DNA of 64,000 bases from Bacteroidales bacterium (GTDB lineage Bacteria > Bacteroidota > Bacteroidia > Bacteroidales > GCA-2711565). Below the pieces are notes generated by a model. That model ran no database searches and had not been told where the DNA came from. It saw nothing but the letters and a program-made list of their open reading frames with translations. Position numbers and translations under genes: made by a program. Numbering within the stretch: the stretch's first letter is position 1; each line of letters starts with the position of its first letter. Of the stretch, positions 8,808-18,409 are shown in pieces. The DNA is taken from positions 3,339,181 through 3,403,180 of the forward strand of contig OY775914.1 in assembly GCA_963675215.1 (NCBI GenBank). The letters run 5' to 3'.

Positions 8808-9341
8808 ATGAAAAAAACTATTGTAATATTTTATTCAAATAAAGGAAGTAACAGATATTTAGCAAAAAGAATTTCAGAGAATCTGAACTGTGAAATTGAA
8901 GAAATCAAGCCTAAAATAGATGCTCATCTTTTTTTGCTGTTCGGATTAAGTTTCGGAAATAAAAAACCCAAAATAAACTTAGCAGCATACGATAGAGTTG
9001 TTTTGTGTGGACCCATTTGGATGGGTAAATTTATTGCTCCTTTAAAAGGGTTTGTAAAAAAACACATAAATAATATAAATGAATTGGTTTTTGCAACTTG
9101 TTGTGGAAGTAGTTTTGACATGAAAGATAAAAAATTCGGTCATGGACTTGTATTTAAAGAAATCAAAGAAATGCTAAAAGGTAAGTGCATACATTGTGAG
9201 GCTTTTCCAATTACTTTAGTAATCCCTGACGACAACAAAGAAAACCCTGATACGGTAATGAAAACACGACTTACAGATGATAATTTCAAAGGTGAAATAC
9301 TAAATAGATTTAATGATTTTATTAAAAAAATATCAGCTTGA
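8808..9341 (+). CDS. flavodoxin-like fold protein
   Basis: 177-aa ORF beginning 'KKTIVIFYSNKGSNRYLAKRI' (flavodoxin-type beta1-loop). The rest is not diagnostic. Confidence 0.5.
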   Translation: MKKTIVIFYSNKGSNRYLAKRISENLNCEIEEIKPKIDAHLFLLFGLSFGNKKPKINLAAYDRVVLCGPIWMGKFIAPLKGFVKKHINNINELVFATCCGSSFDMKDKKFGHGLVFKEIKEMLKGKCIHCEAFPITLVIPDDNKENPDTVMKTRLTDDNFKGEILNRFNDFIKKISA

Positions 9342-9367
9342 AAAAATATTAAAAATTTGTATTGAAA

Positions 9368-9424
9368 CTACGATAGCAAAACAGTAGCTATAAAACATGC
9401 AAATCTTTACTGGCTGAAACGTAG
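9368..9424 (+). repeat. left-half copy C of the structured element
   Basis: 'ctacgaTAGCAaaacagtagctataaaacATGCAAATCTTTACTGGCTGAAACGTAGG' aligns with the left half of A ('ATGGCAAATCCGTACTCGGCTGAGAAGTAGG'). It ends where the convergent LytTR gene terminates. Confidence 0.55.
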
Positions 9425-9436
9425 GAGGCGCGCTGA

Positions 9437-10183
9437 CTACTGATCCAACCAAGCCTTGAAATCAGCCACCCGCTCTCTGGCCACAATTATTTCTTCTTCA
9501 AGGCCTTGAATTTTTAATCGCAAGCGGCTGTTGGTCCAAGCCAACACATCAGCACAAGCGCGATGCGAAACGATGAATTTCCTGCTAATTTTAAAAAATA
9601 TTTCAGGGTTTACCAACTGTTCTATTTGTTCCAACGAATAATCGATCACATATGATCTTTGATCTTCGGTAAACAAAAAACTGGCTTTTGCCATGCTATA
9701 AAAAGCCAGAATTTTATCTGTTTCTATGCTTTTTATTTTATCTCCAACCTTAATCATAAACCTGTTTTTAAATGAAGGCATATTCAAGCTCGTCATTAAA
9801 CTTGCGATTTGCTCAATTGCCATCGGTTTTTGAATGGTTTTGAGCTTATCAAGGGCCTGTTTTAAGCGAGCTTCTTCGATTGGTTTTAATAAATAATCGA
9901 TGCCGTTGGTTTTAAAAGCTTCAATGGCGTATTGATCGTAGGCCGTTGTAAAGATAATGGGACAAAACAACTGATGCTTTTCAAAAATTTCAAAACTTAG
10001 ACCATCTGCTAACTGAATATCAGCAAACACCAACGAAACAGTATTATTTGCTCTAAAAAAAGCGATTGCATCCCGCACCGACTCAAAAACACCAATTATA
10101 CGCATCTCAGGAGCCAGCTTTTTTATCAACAATTCCAATCGATTTGCTGCTCTGTGTTCATCTTCCAATATCACTACATTCAT
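9437..10183 (-). CDS. LytR/AlgR-family response regulator (REC + LytTR DNA-binding domain)
   Basis: REC N-terminus 'MNVVILEDE..' with acceptor 'FADIQLADG'; the C-terminal ~100 aa are LytTR-like. Overlaps the upstream kinase gene by 4 nt. Confidence 0.9.
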   Translation of the reverse strand: MNVVILEDEHRAANRLELLIKKLAPEMRIIGVFESVRDAIAFFRANNTVSLVFADIQLADGLSFEIFEKHQLFCPIIFTTAYDQYAIEAFKTNGIDYLLKPIEEARLKQALDKLKTIQKPMAIEQIASLMTSLNMPSFKNRFMIKVGDKIKSIETDKILAFYSMAKASFLFTEDQRSYVIDYSLEQIEQLVNPEIFFKISRKFIVSHRACADVLAWTNSRLRLKIQGLEEEIIVARERVADFKAWLDQ

Positions 10184-11238
10184 GATTTCACAGATTTTAA
10201 GAGTGGAAGTTTTACAACAAAGAATTGATCGGTATGCTGAACCTCAATGGGTGCTTCTGTAAAGAATTTATACTGCTGAAGAATATTTTTCATCCCTATT
10301 CCTTTTGACGAATCCCCTCTGTTTTTTACTTGCGGGTTATTCTTCACGGCAATATAGCCATCTCTTATAAAAAGTTCAATTTTTAATGGCCTTGCCGTTG
10401 AAGCTTCGTTATGCTTCACGGCATTTTCAATTAACAACTGCAAACTCATGGGTACAACTAAATCGTCATCGGCGGCTTTAATTTGATTGCTGATTTCAAT
10501 TTTATCTTCAAACCTTGTTTTCAATAAAAAAATATATGATTCAATAAAAGCCATCTCGTCCTTGAGCGGAACCAATTCTTTATCTCTGCTGTCCAATACA
10601 TAACGAAATAACCCACTCATCTGTTGAACAAACTTAACTGCTTGCTTTTGATCATCATAAATTAAATCGCTCAATACATTAAAGCTGTTAAACAAAAAAT
10701 GTGGATTAATCTGGTTTCGTAAAGCTTCGTATTTATAGGTGAGCATTTCTGTTTTGAGTTGTTCACTCTTTAATTCAGCTTTTCGCCAGGCCTGAAGATA
10801 CCCATTTGCTGAAAATATCAACGCGAGCGCCGCTCCAATTAAAAAGGCAATATAACTTCCTTTAAAGATAGAATAAAGGAGATCCCAGCTAAAAAAATCA
10901 TTAATGAGCCATATCATGAAAATTTGAATCACTAAATATGCAGACACTGAATACAAAACCATTGCAACTAATCCCCACACAATCCGTTTTGTGGGATGCT
11001 TTAATATGGGAATTTTTTTATCGATATGATGTGTTATAAAAACGATCCCACTCCATTGAGTAATGCATATTGACAGACCCCATAAAAAACTCCTTATGAA
11101 TACTTCCACAGAACTAAAAGCCTGATAAAAAAAGAAAACGATAACTATAAATGTTAAAAGGAGATTAGCTAGAATAAACTTCCACCCCTTGTCAAAAGGT
11201 CTGATTATAATTTGCCGAAATTTCAATTCTTCATTCAT
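10180..11238 (-). CDS. LytS/YehU-type sensor histidine kinase
   Basis: About 4-5 N-terminal TM helices, then the His_kinase box 'NPHFLFNSFNVL' and an HATPase region 'LLIENAVKHN'. Confidence 0.85.
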   Translation of the reverse strand: MNEELKFRQIIIRPFDKGWKFILANLLLTFIVIVFFFYQAFSSVEVFIRSFLWGLSICITQWSGIVFITHHIDKKIPILKHPTKRIVWGLVAMVLYSVSAYLVIQIFMIWLINDFFSWDLLYSIFKGSYIAFLIGAALALIFSANGYLQAWRKAELKSEQLKTEMLTYKYEALRNQINPHFLFNSFNVLSDLIYDDQKQAVKFVQQMSGLFRYVLDSRDKELVPLKDEMAFIESYIFLLKTRFEDKIEISNQIKAADDDLVVPMSLQLLIENAVKHNEASTARPLKIELFIRDGYIAVKNNPQVKNRGDSSKGIGMKNILQQYKFFTEAPIEVQHTDQFFVVKLPLLKSVKS

Positions 11239-11340
11239 AGCACATAAAATTAGGAAATATGTTTGATTAACAAAGCTGACAGTGTGTTATTCTCCTGAGA
11301 CATCTTTCACGCTATCTTTTCTAATGTCTTATCTGAGCTT

Positions 11341-11417
11341 TAGATTTTAGATAATAGACGTTAGACAATAGACTAATGAACATTCATCTAATGTCTAAAA
11401 CCTAAGGTCTAACGTCT
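11341..11417. repeat. heptad-periodic tract
   Basis: tagattt|tagataa|tagacgt|tagacaa|tagacta|atgaaca|ttcatct|aatgtct|aaaacct|aaggtct|aacgtct. Confidence 0.75.
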
Positions 11418-11421
11418 TTTT

Positions 11422-12063
11422 TTACTTACTCACCTGTCGCAATAATCCTTCCACTTGACTTTTTCCCCAATTTGGATGTATAGGAGATTTTGGTTTGTAA
11501 TTATCCCAGTCGGCTAGTAAACTTTCTAGGGCATCTCTGTAATCGGCAGGATCTTTCCCATAAAAGCTGGAACTGCCAATATCCTCTGCCAATTTCATAT
11601 ATCTGGCTCTTGGATTGTTAGGCTCCATCGCCAAAGCTTTACCAATGGTTTGGCCAAACAACATCCCATATTCCTGACCTCTGTTCATCGGATCGATAAC
11701 CAATTTTGCGGTATAATAAAATGCATTTAAGGCGATCACTTCCACCTCATTGGGGGCCAGTTCCAACATCCTGTTGATTGAGGTTTCGGCCTCAACCAAT
11801 AGGGCATCTTTATGTGAAGCATCATCTTGCGACATGAAACTCATAATGATATAAGCGTGGGCATGATAGTATAACGGCAACCATTCTTCTTTCTCAATGT
11901 TTGAGATCATTTTAAACTGATTGGCCATTTTTTGGAAATCCTCAACGGATTTGCATTTCCCATATTGGTCAATAGATTCACTCATTTTTTGTTGAAATTG
12001 TGCTTGTGAAAAACCTGTGAGGCTGATCAAAGTAATTGCTAATGTTAAAATTGTTGTTTTCAT
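11422..12063 (-). CDS. secreted helical protein of unknown function
   Basis: Signal peptide MKTTILTLAITLISLTGFSQA; 213 aa. Sits immediately downstream of the TonB-dependent receptor on the same strand. Confidence 0.7.
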   Translation of the reverse strand: MKTTILTLAITLISLTGFSQAQFQQKMSESIDQYGKCKSVEDFQKMANQFKMISNIEKEEWLPLYYHAHAYIIMSFMSQDDASHKDALLVEAETSINRMLELAPNEVEVIALNAFYYTAKLVIDPMNRGQEYGMLFGQTIGKALAMEPNNPRARYMKLAEDIGSSSFYGKDPADYRDALESLLADWDNYKPKSPIHPNWGKSQVEGLLRQVSK

Positions 12064-12092
12064 TTTATTTGGTTTTAGATTATTATTTATAG

Positions 12093-12134
12093 TTACTGGT
12101 TTCTTGATACTTGATACTTGTTTCTGGTTACTTG
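12093..12134. repeat. heptad-periodic tract
   Basis: ttactgg|tttcttg|atacttg|atacttg|tttctgg|ttacttg, between two minus-strand genes. Confidence 0.7.
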
Positions 12135-12175
12135 TTTAAAAATATTCTCATTCATAACTTATAATTCATTACTTA

Positions 12176-14338
12176 TTACTCAATCTTATCCAATTGATTT
12201 TTATCACCTTTTGCCGATAGTGTGATGAAACAGCCAACAATAAAAAACCTTTTTGCACCCGGAATGATTGGGGTGCCATTATAATAACCTTCGTCATTTT
12301 GTTCACTGGCATAGCGATATCCAAATTCTTGCTTAAAGCCAAAAACGTTGGTAGCTGAAAAATAAAAAATGATATTATCCCGATACAAAAGGGTCCAGTT
12401 TAAATCGATGGTATTATACGCCAGCGTTTTCGCTGCATAGAATTGGTTGCTATTGGGGTCGTTATAATTCCTTGGAGAACCGTATCTATATGAAAAACCA
12501 GCTAAAGATCGGATGCCCTGGAAGAAATACTTGGCAACGAAAGAAAAATTATGTTTACTCGCGTATGATGGTTGCACCTCCACAGGATAATCACGGTAAA
12601 GTCGCTTTGTATCCAGATAGGAATATGAAATCCAATATTCGAGATATTTAAAACTTTTTTTATCTCTCCAGAAAAAATCGAGCCCACGTGCATGACCGCT
12701 GCCTTCATTGTTATAGGCATCCGGTAGAAAGAAGGATTCAGAATCGAAGCGAACTAAGTTTTTATACGCTTTATGATATAGATCGAGTTTTAAAACCCTG
12801 CTATTCTTGATATGTTGAAAGCTCAGGGTGTAATGATCGGAACGCTCAGACTGAATATTATTGGTGTAAATTAAATAATCGTCGTAAGGGTTTTGATAAA
12901 ACCATCCCCACGAAAACGAAATTACATCATCTTTCGTCAATTTATAGGCTGTTGAAAATCTGGGAGAAAACCTGAATTCATTCAGAAAATCTGAATATTC
13001 AACCCTTGCTCCTACCCTGCTTACGAAATTATTTGAAGTATAGAGTTCAGCTTCGGCAAATGCAGCCAACTGATTATTCTTGAATTCTGAGTAAAAATCC
13101 ACCTCATCAGATTGATAACCAAAAGCATAATTTTGGTGATTAAAGGTTGCACCTGTTTTTAAAATAATTTTCGGGCTGGCTTCATATAGTAAAACGCTTT
13201 TCAAATTTAAACCATCAAGTTTTTTGCTAATGACTTCTGAATTTACATTGATATCGTTCACATTATTTGTTAAACTCATTCCTGTTTTCAGATAAAATTT
13301 TTCATTTATTCCTTCTTTCCAATACGCGTTCACAAATATGTTTTCATCAGTCAGGTCATAGGTGATTGGCTGAGCCGGATTACCCGGATCTTCCTGATCC
13401 AATGAAACTTTTGAATTACTATAATTCGCATATAGTTTGAACTCTCCATTTCCTGTTTTTTGTTGGAGGCTCATTTCACTTCCGTAACTTTCAGGATAAT
13501 GATGCCAATTAAAATTTTGCGGGACAATACTCATGTAAGGTTTAAGATTATTATATTTTACACTTGCAGTGATACCGCCGTTTTTCCATCTTTTGGTAGC
13601 AGCAGCATCTGCACCTACCGACATAATTGAAAAATTATATTCATCTTCGAGCGGCACATCTTTCGTTTCGAGCAATAAAACAGAAGATAATGCCTGGCCA
13701 TATTCAGCTGAATAACCTCCGGTACTAAAAACGGTTCCTCCAAAAATGAAAGGATTAAAACGGCCTCTTGTACTCGTATTTGGCACACTTGAATTATAGG
13801 GTACATGAACCAAAGTTCCATTGATATAAGTTTGAGATTCCTGACTGCTCCCACCCTTTACAAACAACTTCCCTGACTCAGGGTTGGCCGTAACGCCAGG
13901 CAGCATTTTTAATGCACCATAAACGTCACCTAACGCTCCTGCTGTGGTAATCATATCAACCGGGCTAAGCACCACCGACTTTCTTTTATCTCCGGCTTCG
14001 AAGGTTCCTGCCGTTATGGTAACAGCCTCCAGTTTATTAAAAGCCTCTTTTAACGAAAAATCCAACTGGATATTTTTATTATCTAATTCCAATTCTTTGG
14101 CGATGGATTCAAACCCTAAAAATTCAACAAGTAGTATTTGTTGTCCCTTCAAATTGGTTTGAATCATATAAGCTCCATCTACATCAGAGGATGTTCCTTC
14201 GTAAGTTCCCTTAAAGTAAATATTAGCTCCGGGAAGGGTTTCTCCTTTTTCATTTCTCACAACTCCACTAATGGTTGTTTGACTATAAATATTTATTGAT
14301 ATAAAAAGTACAATAAGCGTTGCTGTATATTTTGACAT
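12176..14338 (-). CDS. TonB-dependent receptor with N-terminal carboxypeptidase-regulatory-like domain
   Basis: The start at MSKYTATLIVLFISINIYSQ gives a signal peptide. 'ISGVVRNEKGETLPGANIYFKGT' is CarboxypepD_reg-like. The protein is beta-strand-rich with a C-terminal barrel. Confidence 0.85.
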   Translation of the reverse strand: MSKYTATLIVLFISINIYSQTTISGVVRNEKGETLPGANIYFKGTYEGTSSDVDGAYMIQTNLKGQQILLVEFLGFESIAKELELDNKNIQLDFSLKEAFNKLEAVTITAGTFEAGDKRKSVVLSPVDMITTAGALGDVYGALKMLPGVTANPESGKLFVKGGSSQESQTYINGTLVHVPYNSSVPNTSTRGRFNPFIFGGTVFSTGGYSAEYGQALSSVLLLETKDVPLEDEYNFSIMSVGADAAATKRWKNGGITASVKYNNLKPYMSIVPQNFNWHHYPESYGSEMSLQQKTGNGEFKLYANYSNSKVSLDQEDPGNPAQPITYDLTDENIFVNAYWKEGINEKFYLKTGMSLTNNVNDINVNSEVISKKLDGLNLKSVLLYEASPKIILKTGATFNHQNYAFGYQSDEVDFYSEFKNNQLAAFAEAELYTSNNFVSRVGARVEYSDFLNEFRFSPRFSTAYKLTKDDVISFSWGWFYQNPYDDYLIYTNNIQSERSDHYTLSFQHIKNSRVLKLDLYHKAYKNLVRFDSESFFLPDAYNNEGSGHARGLDFFWRDKKSFKYLEYWISYSYLDTKRLYRDYPVEVQPSYASKHNFSFVAKYFFQGIRSLAGFSYRYGSPRNYNDPNSNQFYAAKTLAYNTIDLNWTLLYRDNIIFYFSATNVFGFKQEFGYRYASEQNDEGYYNGTPIIPGAKRFFIVGCFITLSAKGDKNQLDKIE

Positions 14339-14450
14339 GTGTATTTGTTTTGTGCAAAAGTGGCGACGAAATAACAGCAGCACAAATAAAAATCGGTGAA
14401 CTGTTGAATAAAGGTGACGAACTGTAAATTGAGTTAGAAGTGCTGAGTTA

Positions 14451-14618
14451 TGAATCTTGTATCTATTTTCTAGTTACTGGTTCCTAGTTACTGGTTCCTA
14501 GTTACTGGTTTCTGGTTCCAATTTTCTGGATTCTAAATTCTGTCTTCTGGTTTCTCTATTCTATTTTTCTGTCTTGTATCTAGTATCTATTATCTTGTAT
14601 CTTAAATCTGTTTTCTTT
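14451..14618. repeat. long heptad-periodic tract (about 24 heptads, including 14-nt units TAGTTACTGGTTCC)
   Basis: tgaatct|tgtatct|attttct|agttact|ggttcct|agttact|ggttcct|agttact|ggtttct|ggttcca|attttct|ggattct|aaattct|gtcttct|ggtttct|ctattct..., then tatctag|tatctat|tatcttg|tatctta. Confidence 0.85.
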
Positions 14619-15089
14619 CAGATCAAGTCAGGCATTTGTTAACACTTTGTTCATAAAAAACGAGATGGGATTTATGACAAATTTGGCAAGGATCTTACCT
14701 TTATATTAGCATTGATAATGATTTGTTTACGAGTTCTCTCAAAACTCTTTTGAAGCATGGTAGCTGAGGCCTTATTACTGAATTAAGAAGGCTTTCAATT
14801 AATCTCAGATTGAAAATCAGCACTTAAATAAATGCTCAAAATACCATCCTGCACGTATGGTGTAAATTAATTATGATGCCAACACCAGAAGCTAATAATT
14901 AGGTTTTAGCTAGTGCAATTCGAAACAGCAGAAATAAGGTATCAGTATCCTCGAATTGCAATCAAATTCTGTCAAATTTCATAACTGCTCCCCACACTTG
15001 AGGAATCAGTTTCATCATTCACTAAGTATCATAATGCATATAGCATTAGAACTATTTAAATCTAATTAATAATTAAAACAGACTACAAA

Positions 15090-15980
15090 ATGGAAACTCA
15101 AAAACAATTAGAATCACTGATCAGAAAAGGAAGAATTAGCAAAGAAGATTTTAGTAAAATTGACGATATCGTTACGTTTCTAAGTTCTCAGATCAAGGAT
15201 AATTTATTGACGAAGGAGGACATCTCAGAAATCAACACCCATTTCCCCGACGATTTTATAAAAAACACCGTACAGGGCCATGGCCTCAGCAAACCATTTG
15301 GTTACGCAGGCGATTTTTTAATGATTGATAAAATTTATACTTATCACAAATCTGATAAACCTGAGTATGGAATATGGGATGAATATTTCCATCAACAATC
15401 TGCTCCGATTGCCGTACGAAACCGAAAAGAATATTTCAAAAAAATGATTAATCAAAAGATGGAGTATTACCCTCATCTCGAACTATTAAATGTTGCAAGC
15501 GGACCAGCACGAGATCTTTATGAAGCATATTCAGCATTACCAAAAAGCAAAAAGATTAACACAACTTGTGTAGAAATGGATGAAAATGCCATCAAATTTG
15601 CAAAAACATTAAATCATGAATTCTTGGATAATATCATATTTGTTCACAAAAACATATTCAGGCATAAGGAGATTAAGCACTATGATTTAATATGGTCTGC
15701 CGGCCTTTTCGATTATTTCAGCGACAAAGCATTTAAAATGGTGCTTAAACGTTTTAAAGACTGGATTAAAGAGGATGGCGAAATAATCATTGGCAACTTT
15801 AATGAGGATTACAACCCGAGTAGAGATTATATGGAGATATTCGGTGAATGGTATCTCAATCACAGAACCGAAAATCAATTATTTAATCTGGCTATGGAAT
15901 CCGGATTTAAGGCCAGTCAAATTACCATTGGAAAAGAACCGGAAAATGTTAATTTGTTCTTGCATTTAAAAAACAACTAA
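15090..15980 (+). CDS. class I SAM-dependent methyltransferase
   Basis: Motif I-like 'LLNVASGPARDL' and motif-II-like 'YDLIWSAGLFDY'; 296 aa. Confidence 0.7.
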   Translation: METQKQLESLIRKGRISKEDFSKIDDIVTFLSSQIKDNLLTKEDISEINTHFPDDFIKNTVQGHGLSKPFGYAGDFLMIDKIYTYHKSDKPEYGIWDEYFHQQSAPIAVRNRKEYFKKMINQKMEYYPHLELLNVASGPARDLYEAYSALPKSKKINTTCVEMDENAIKFAKTLNHEFLDNIIFVHKNIFRHKEIKHYDLIWSAGLFDYFSDKAFKMVLKRFKDWIKEDGEIIIGNFNEDYNPSRDYMEIFGEWYLNHRTENQLFNLAMESGFKASQITIGKEPENVNLFLHLKNN

Positions 15981-16036
15981 CCTGAATTGATTTTCTGTAT
16001 TCTGTATTATGTGTACTGTCTTTTATTCTTTTGTAC
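15981..16036. repeat. heptad-periodic tract starting at the base after the stop codon
   Basis: cctgaat|tgatttt|ctgtatt|ctgtatt|atgtgta|ctgtctt|ttattct|tttgtac. Confidence 0.7.
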
Positions 16037-16069
16037 CTTTGAGCTTAACAATCATTCAAAGGTTAAAAC

Positions 16070-16999
16070 ATGATTACTGCGAACAAAAATCTCGAATCCT
16101 ATAAATCCGGATACATTAACGTTTCTGACGGCTATGAATTATATTACGAATTATACGGCAACCCAAAAGGCATCCCCGTTTTATTTTTACATGGCGGACC
16201 CGGTGCGGGATTTTCGGATAGCGACAAACAGTTTTTTGATGAAGCAAAGTATAATGTGATTTTTTTCGATCAACGTGGGGCATCGAGAAGTAAGCCTTTT
16301 GGCTCCATCGAAAATAACACCACTGAACATTTAGTAGCTGATATTAATCACATTTTAGACACTTTAAATTTTAAAGAAGTTTTTGTTTTTGGCGGTTCGT
16401 GGGGTAGTACGCTGGCGTTGGTTTATGCCATTCTTCATCCTGAACGGATACTTGGTTTAATTTTAAGAGGTATTTGGCTGGCCAATAAATACGGACTGGA
16501 ACATTATATCGGTGGTGGCATTAAGGAATTCTTCCCGGATGTTTGGGGTCGTTTTAACAAACTCGTTAAAACAGGCGAAAATCCGGTGAGTTATTATTTA
16601 CAGCAAATGTTATCCGACGATCCGGAAATCAGTGATAAATACGCTTACGAATGGGCTTATTACGAATCTTCCTTTTACACCATCAACAAAATTGAACATA
16701 TCGAAGATATCGTGGCCTCATTCCCCTATAAATCTTTAGCAATTTTAGAAGCGCACTTTATCGCTAACAAATGTTTTTTAACCGAAGATTTTATCATAAA
16801 AAACACCCATAAAATAAAAGACATCAAAACCTCAATCGTACAAGGTCGATACGATTTTATTTGTCCGCCCATACAAGCATTTAGATTGCATGAACATTTA
16901 AATAACTCCAAATTAAATATAGTAAATGCAGGTCACTCCTCTTCCGATGAAGAAATAAAAAAGGCTTTAATCAATGAACTGGAACGCATCACTTCTTAA
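16070..16999 (+). CDS. pip: prolyl aminopeptidase (proline iminopeptidase, S33 alpha/beta hydrolase)
   Basis: 'LHGGPGAG', 'FDQRGASRS' and the nucleophile elbow 'GGSWGSTLAL' match the proline iminopeptidase family. Confidence 0.85.
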   Translation: MITANKNLESYKSGYINVSDGYELYYELYGNPKGIPVLFLHGGPGAGFSDSDKQFFDEAKYNVIFFDQRGASRSKPFGSIENNTTEHLVADINHILDTLNFKEVFVFGGSWGSTLALVYAILHPERILGLILRGIWLANKYGLEHYIGGGIKEFFPDVWGRFNKLVKTGENPVSYYLQQMLSDDPEISDKYAYEWAYYESSFYTINKIEHIEDIVASFPYKSLAILEAHFIANKCFLTEDFIIKNTHKIKDIKTSIVQGRYDFICPPIQAFRLHEHLNNSKLNIVNAGHSSSDEEIKKALINELERITS

Positions 17000-17165
17000 T
17001 CTAGCATGGAATTATTAGAGATTATTATTCTTTATATTATGATTTAGCTAAAAATATTTTATCAGCAAATTCATATTTTTTTATCTTTATAGACATAGTT
17101 AATGATGTTTGCGTGTGGATTTATATTATAAATTTAAATCACACTTTTGATCAAAAAAACAGGTA

Positions 17166-17507
17166 ATGAACCAAGCCGGAAAATTACTAGCAATCAAGCT
17201 TACTCACACCTTAATCTGGATATTTTTTGTTGGCATTATTTTTTATATTCTGTATTCAGGGATTAGCGATAATATAACTACTTATACCTGGATCGCAATA
17301 GGTTTAGTCATCGGAGAAGGCCTTGTACTCATAATTTTCCATCTTTACTGTCCGCTCACCATCTTGGCAAGACAATATTCTGATTCTGAAAAAGATAATT
17401 TTGATATATTTATACCAAACTGGCTGGCAAGAAATAATAAAGTGATTTTTACAAGCATTTATATTTTTGGGCTAATCATAGTTCTATATAGAGTAATACT
17501 GAATTAA
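17166..17507 (+). CDS. small integral membrane protein (3-4 TM)
   Basis: 113-aa hydrophobic ORF. Confidence 0.6.
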   Translation: MNQAGKLLAIKLTHTLIWIFFVGIIFYILYSGISDNITTYTWIAIGLVIGEGLVLIIFHLYCPLTILARQYSDSEKDNFDIFIPNWLARNNKVIFTSIYIFGLIIVLYRVILN

Positions 17508-17593
17508 GCATTTTTATTTACCATAACTACATTGATTTATGGCACTTAGTAATCCTATTAAAAAATCAAATATTTAATCAATAAATAGAAATT

Positions 17594-18334
17594 ATGAAGA
17601 AAGTACTATTCATAGCTACAATAGTTTGTATTGGACTATCAGTAGGCTGTAAAAAAGAGAAATCCGCTTCCAATGATGTAAAATACGAGAAAATTTTAGG
17701 ATTGGAGTTGTATAATTTCGGCAATACACAGGTTGTTTATACAGGTGGGGGTAATACATACGATCTCACTTTTAAAAATGATGGTACATATACCAAAAAA
17801 AGATGGTCGGATAAAAGTACCGTAAGTGGCACGTGGGTTACATCGTCAACAGAAATTACGATGAGCGAAAAAAACGGACCAACATATACGCTCACTGCTA
17901 ATCCCGAAGGTATTGTTAAGGATGGCATGGCTGTTTACATAAACGGAGAATCAGGATATATTGTTGGCCTTTTCAATGAATTAATTGGCACCGGTTCAGG
18001 GGTACTTGACATGTGTTATACAGACGCTTTGGGCAGGTATAAAGTGGAATTATTGGGCGATGTTGCATCCATTATTATCAACATCAATAATGGAGAATTA
18101 AACATCAAAAGGAATCTGTTAAGTGGCGGATTTTTAGAAGACAATGACTATGAATGGACCTGTGACGGGTATGATGTAATATTATCAAAAATGGGTACTT
18201 CTGGAGAACCGCAAGACATTTCTAAAATTGATGATAAATGGTGGGTAGAAGGAATTCCTATTAATCTTTTCTTTATATCGGATAACTCATACGTTGGATA
18301 CATGGTAACCAATATTGATTACCTGGGTGAATAA
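17594..18334 (+). CDS. lipoprotein of unknown function
   Basis: Signal peptide plus lipobox 'IGLSVGC'; 246 aa. Confidence 0.7.
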   Translation: MKKVLFIATIVCIGLSVGCKKEKSASNDVKYEKILGLELYNFGNTQVVYTGGGNTYDLTFKNDGTYTKKRWSDKSTVSGTWVTSSTEITMSEKNGPTYTLTANPEGIVKDGMAVYINGESGYIVGLFNELIGTGSGVLDMCYTDALGRYKVELLGDVASIIININNGELNIKRNLLSGGFLEDNDYEWTCDGYDVILSKMGTSGEPQDISKIDDKWWVEGIPINLFFISDNSYVGYMVTNIDYLGE

Positions 18335-18409
18335 ATTGAAATCGTTTCAGGCAATCCTAATTTATACGCGCTTCTATAATTATTAATTATAATTTGATAA
18401 TTTTAAGCC

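Noticed and set aside
17523-17555. 'ATAACTACATTGATTTATGGCACTTAGTAATCC' as another member of the TAACA..ATGGC family
   Set aside because: The spacing differs (11 versus 15 nt) and similarity beyond the two short anchors is poor. I cannot distinguish it from chance in AT-rich DNA.
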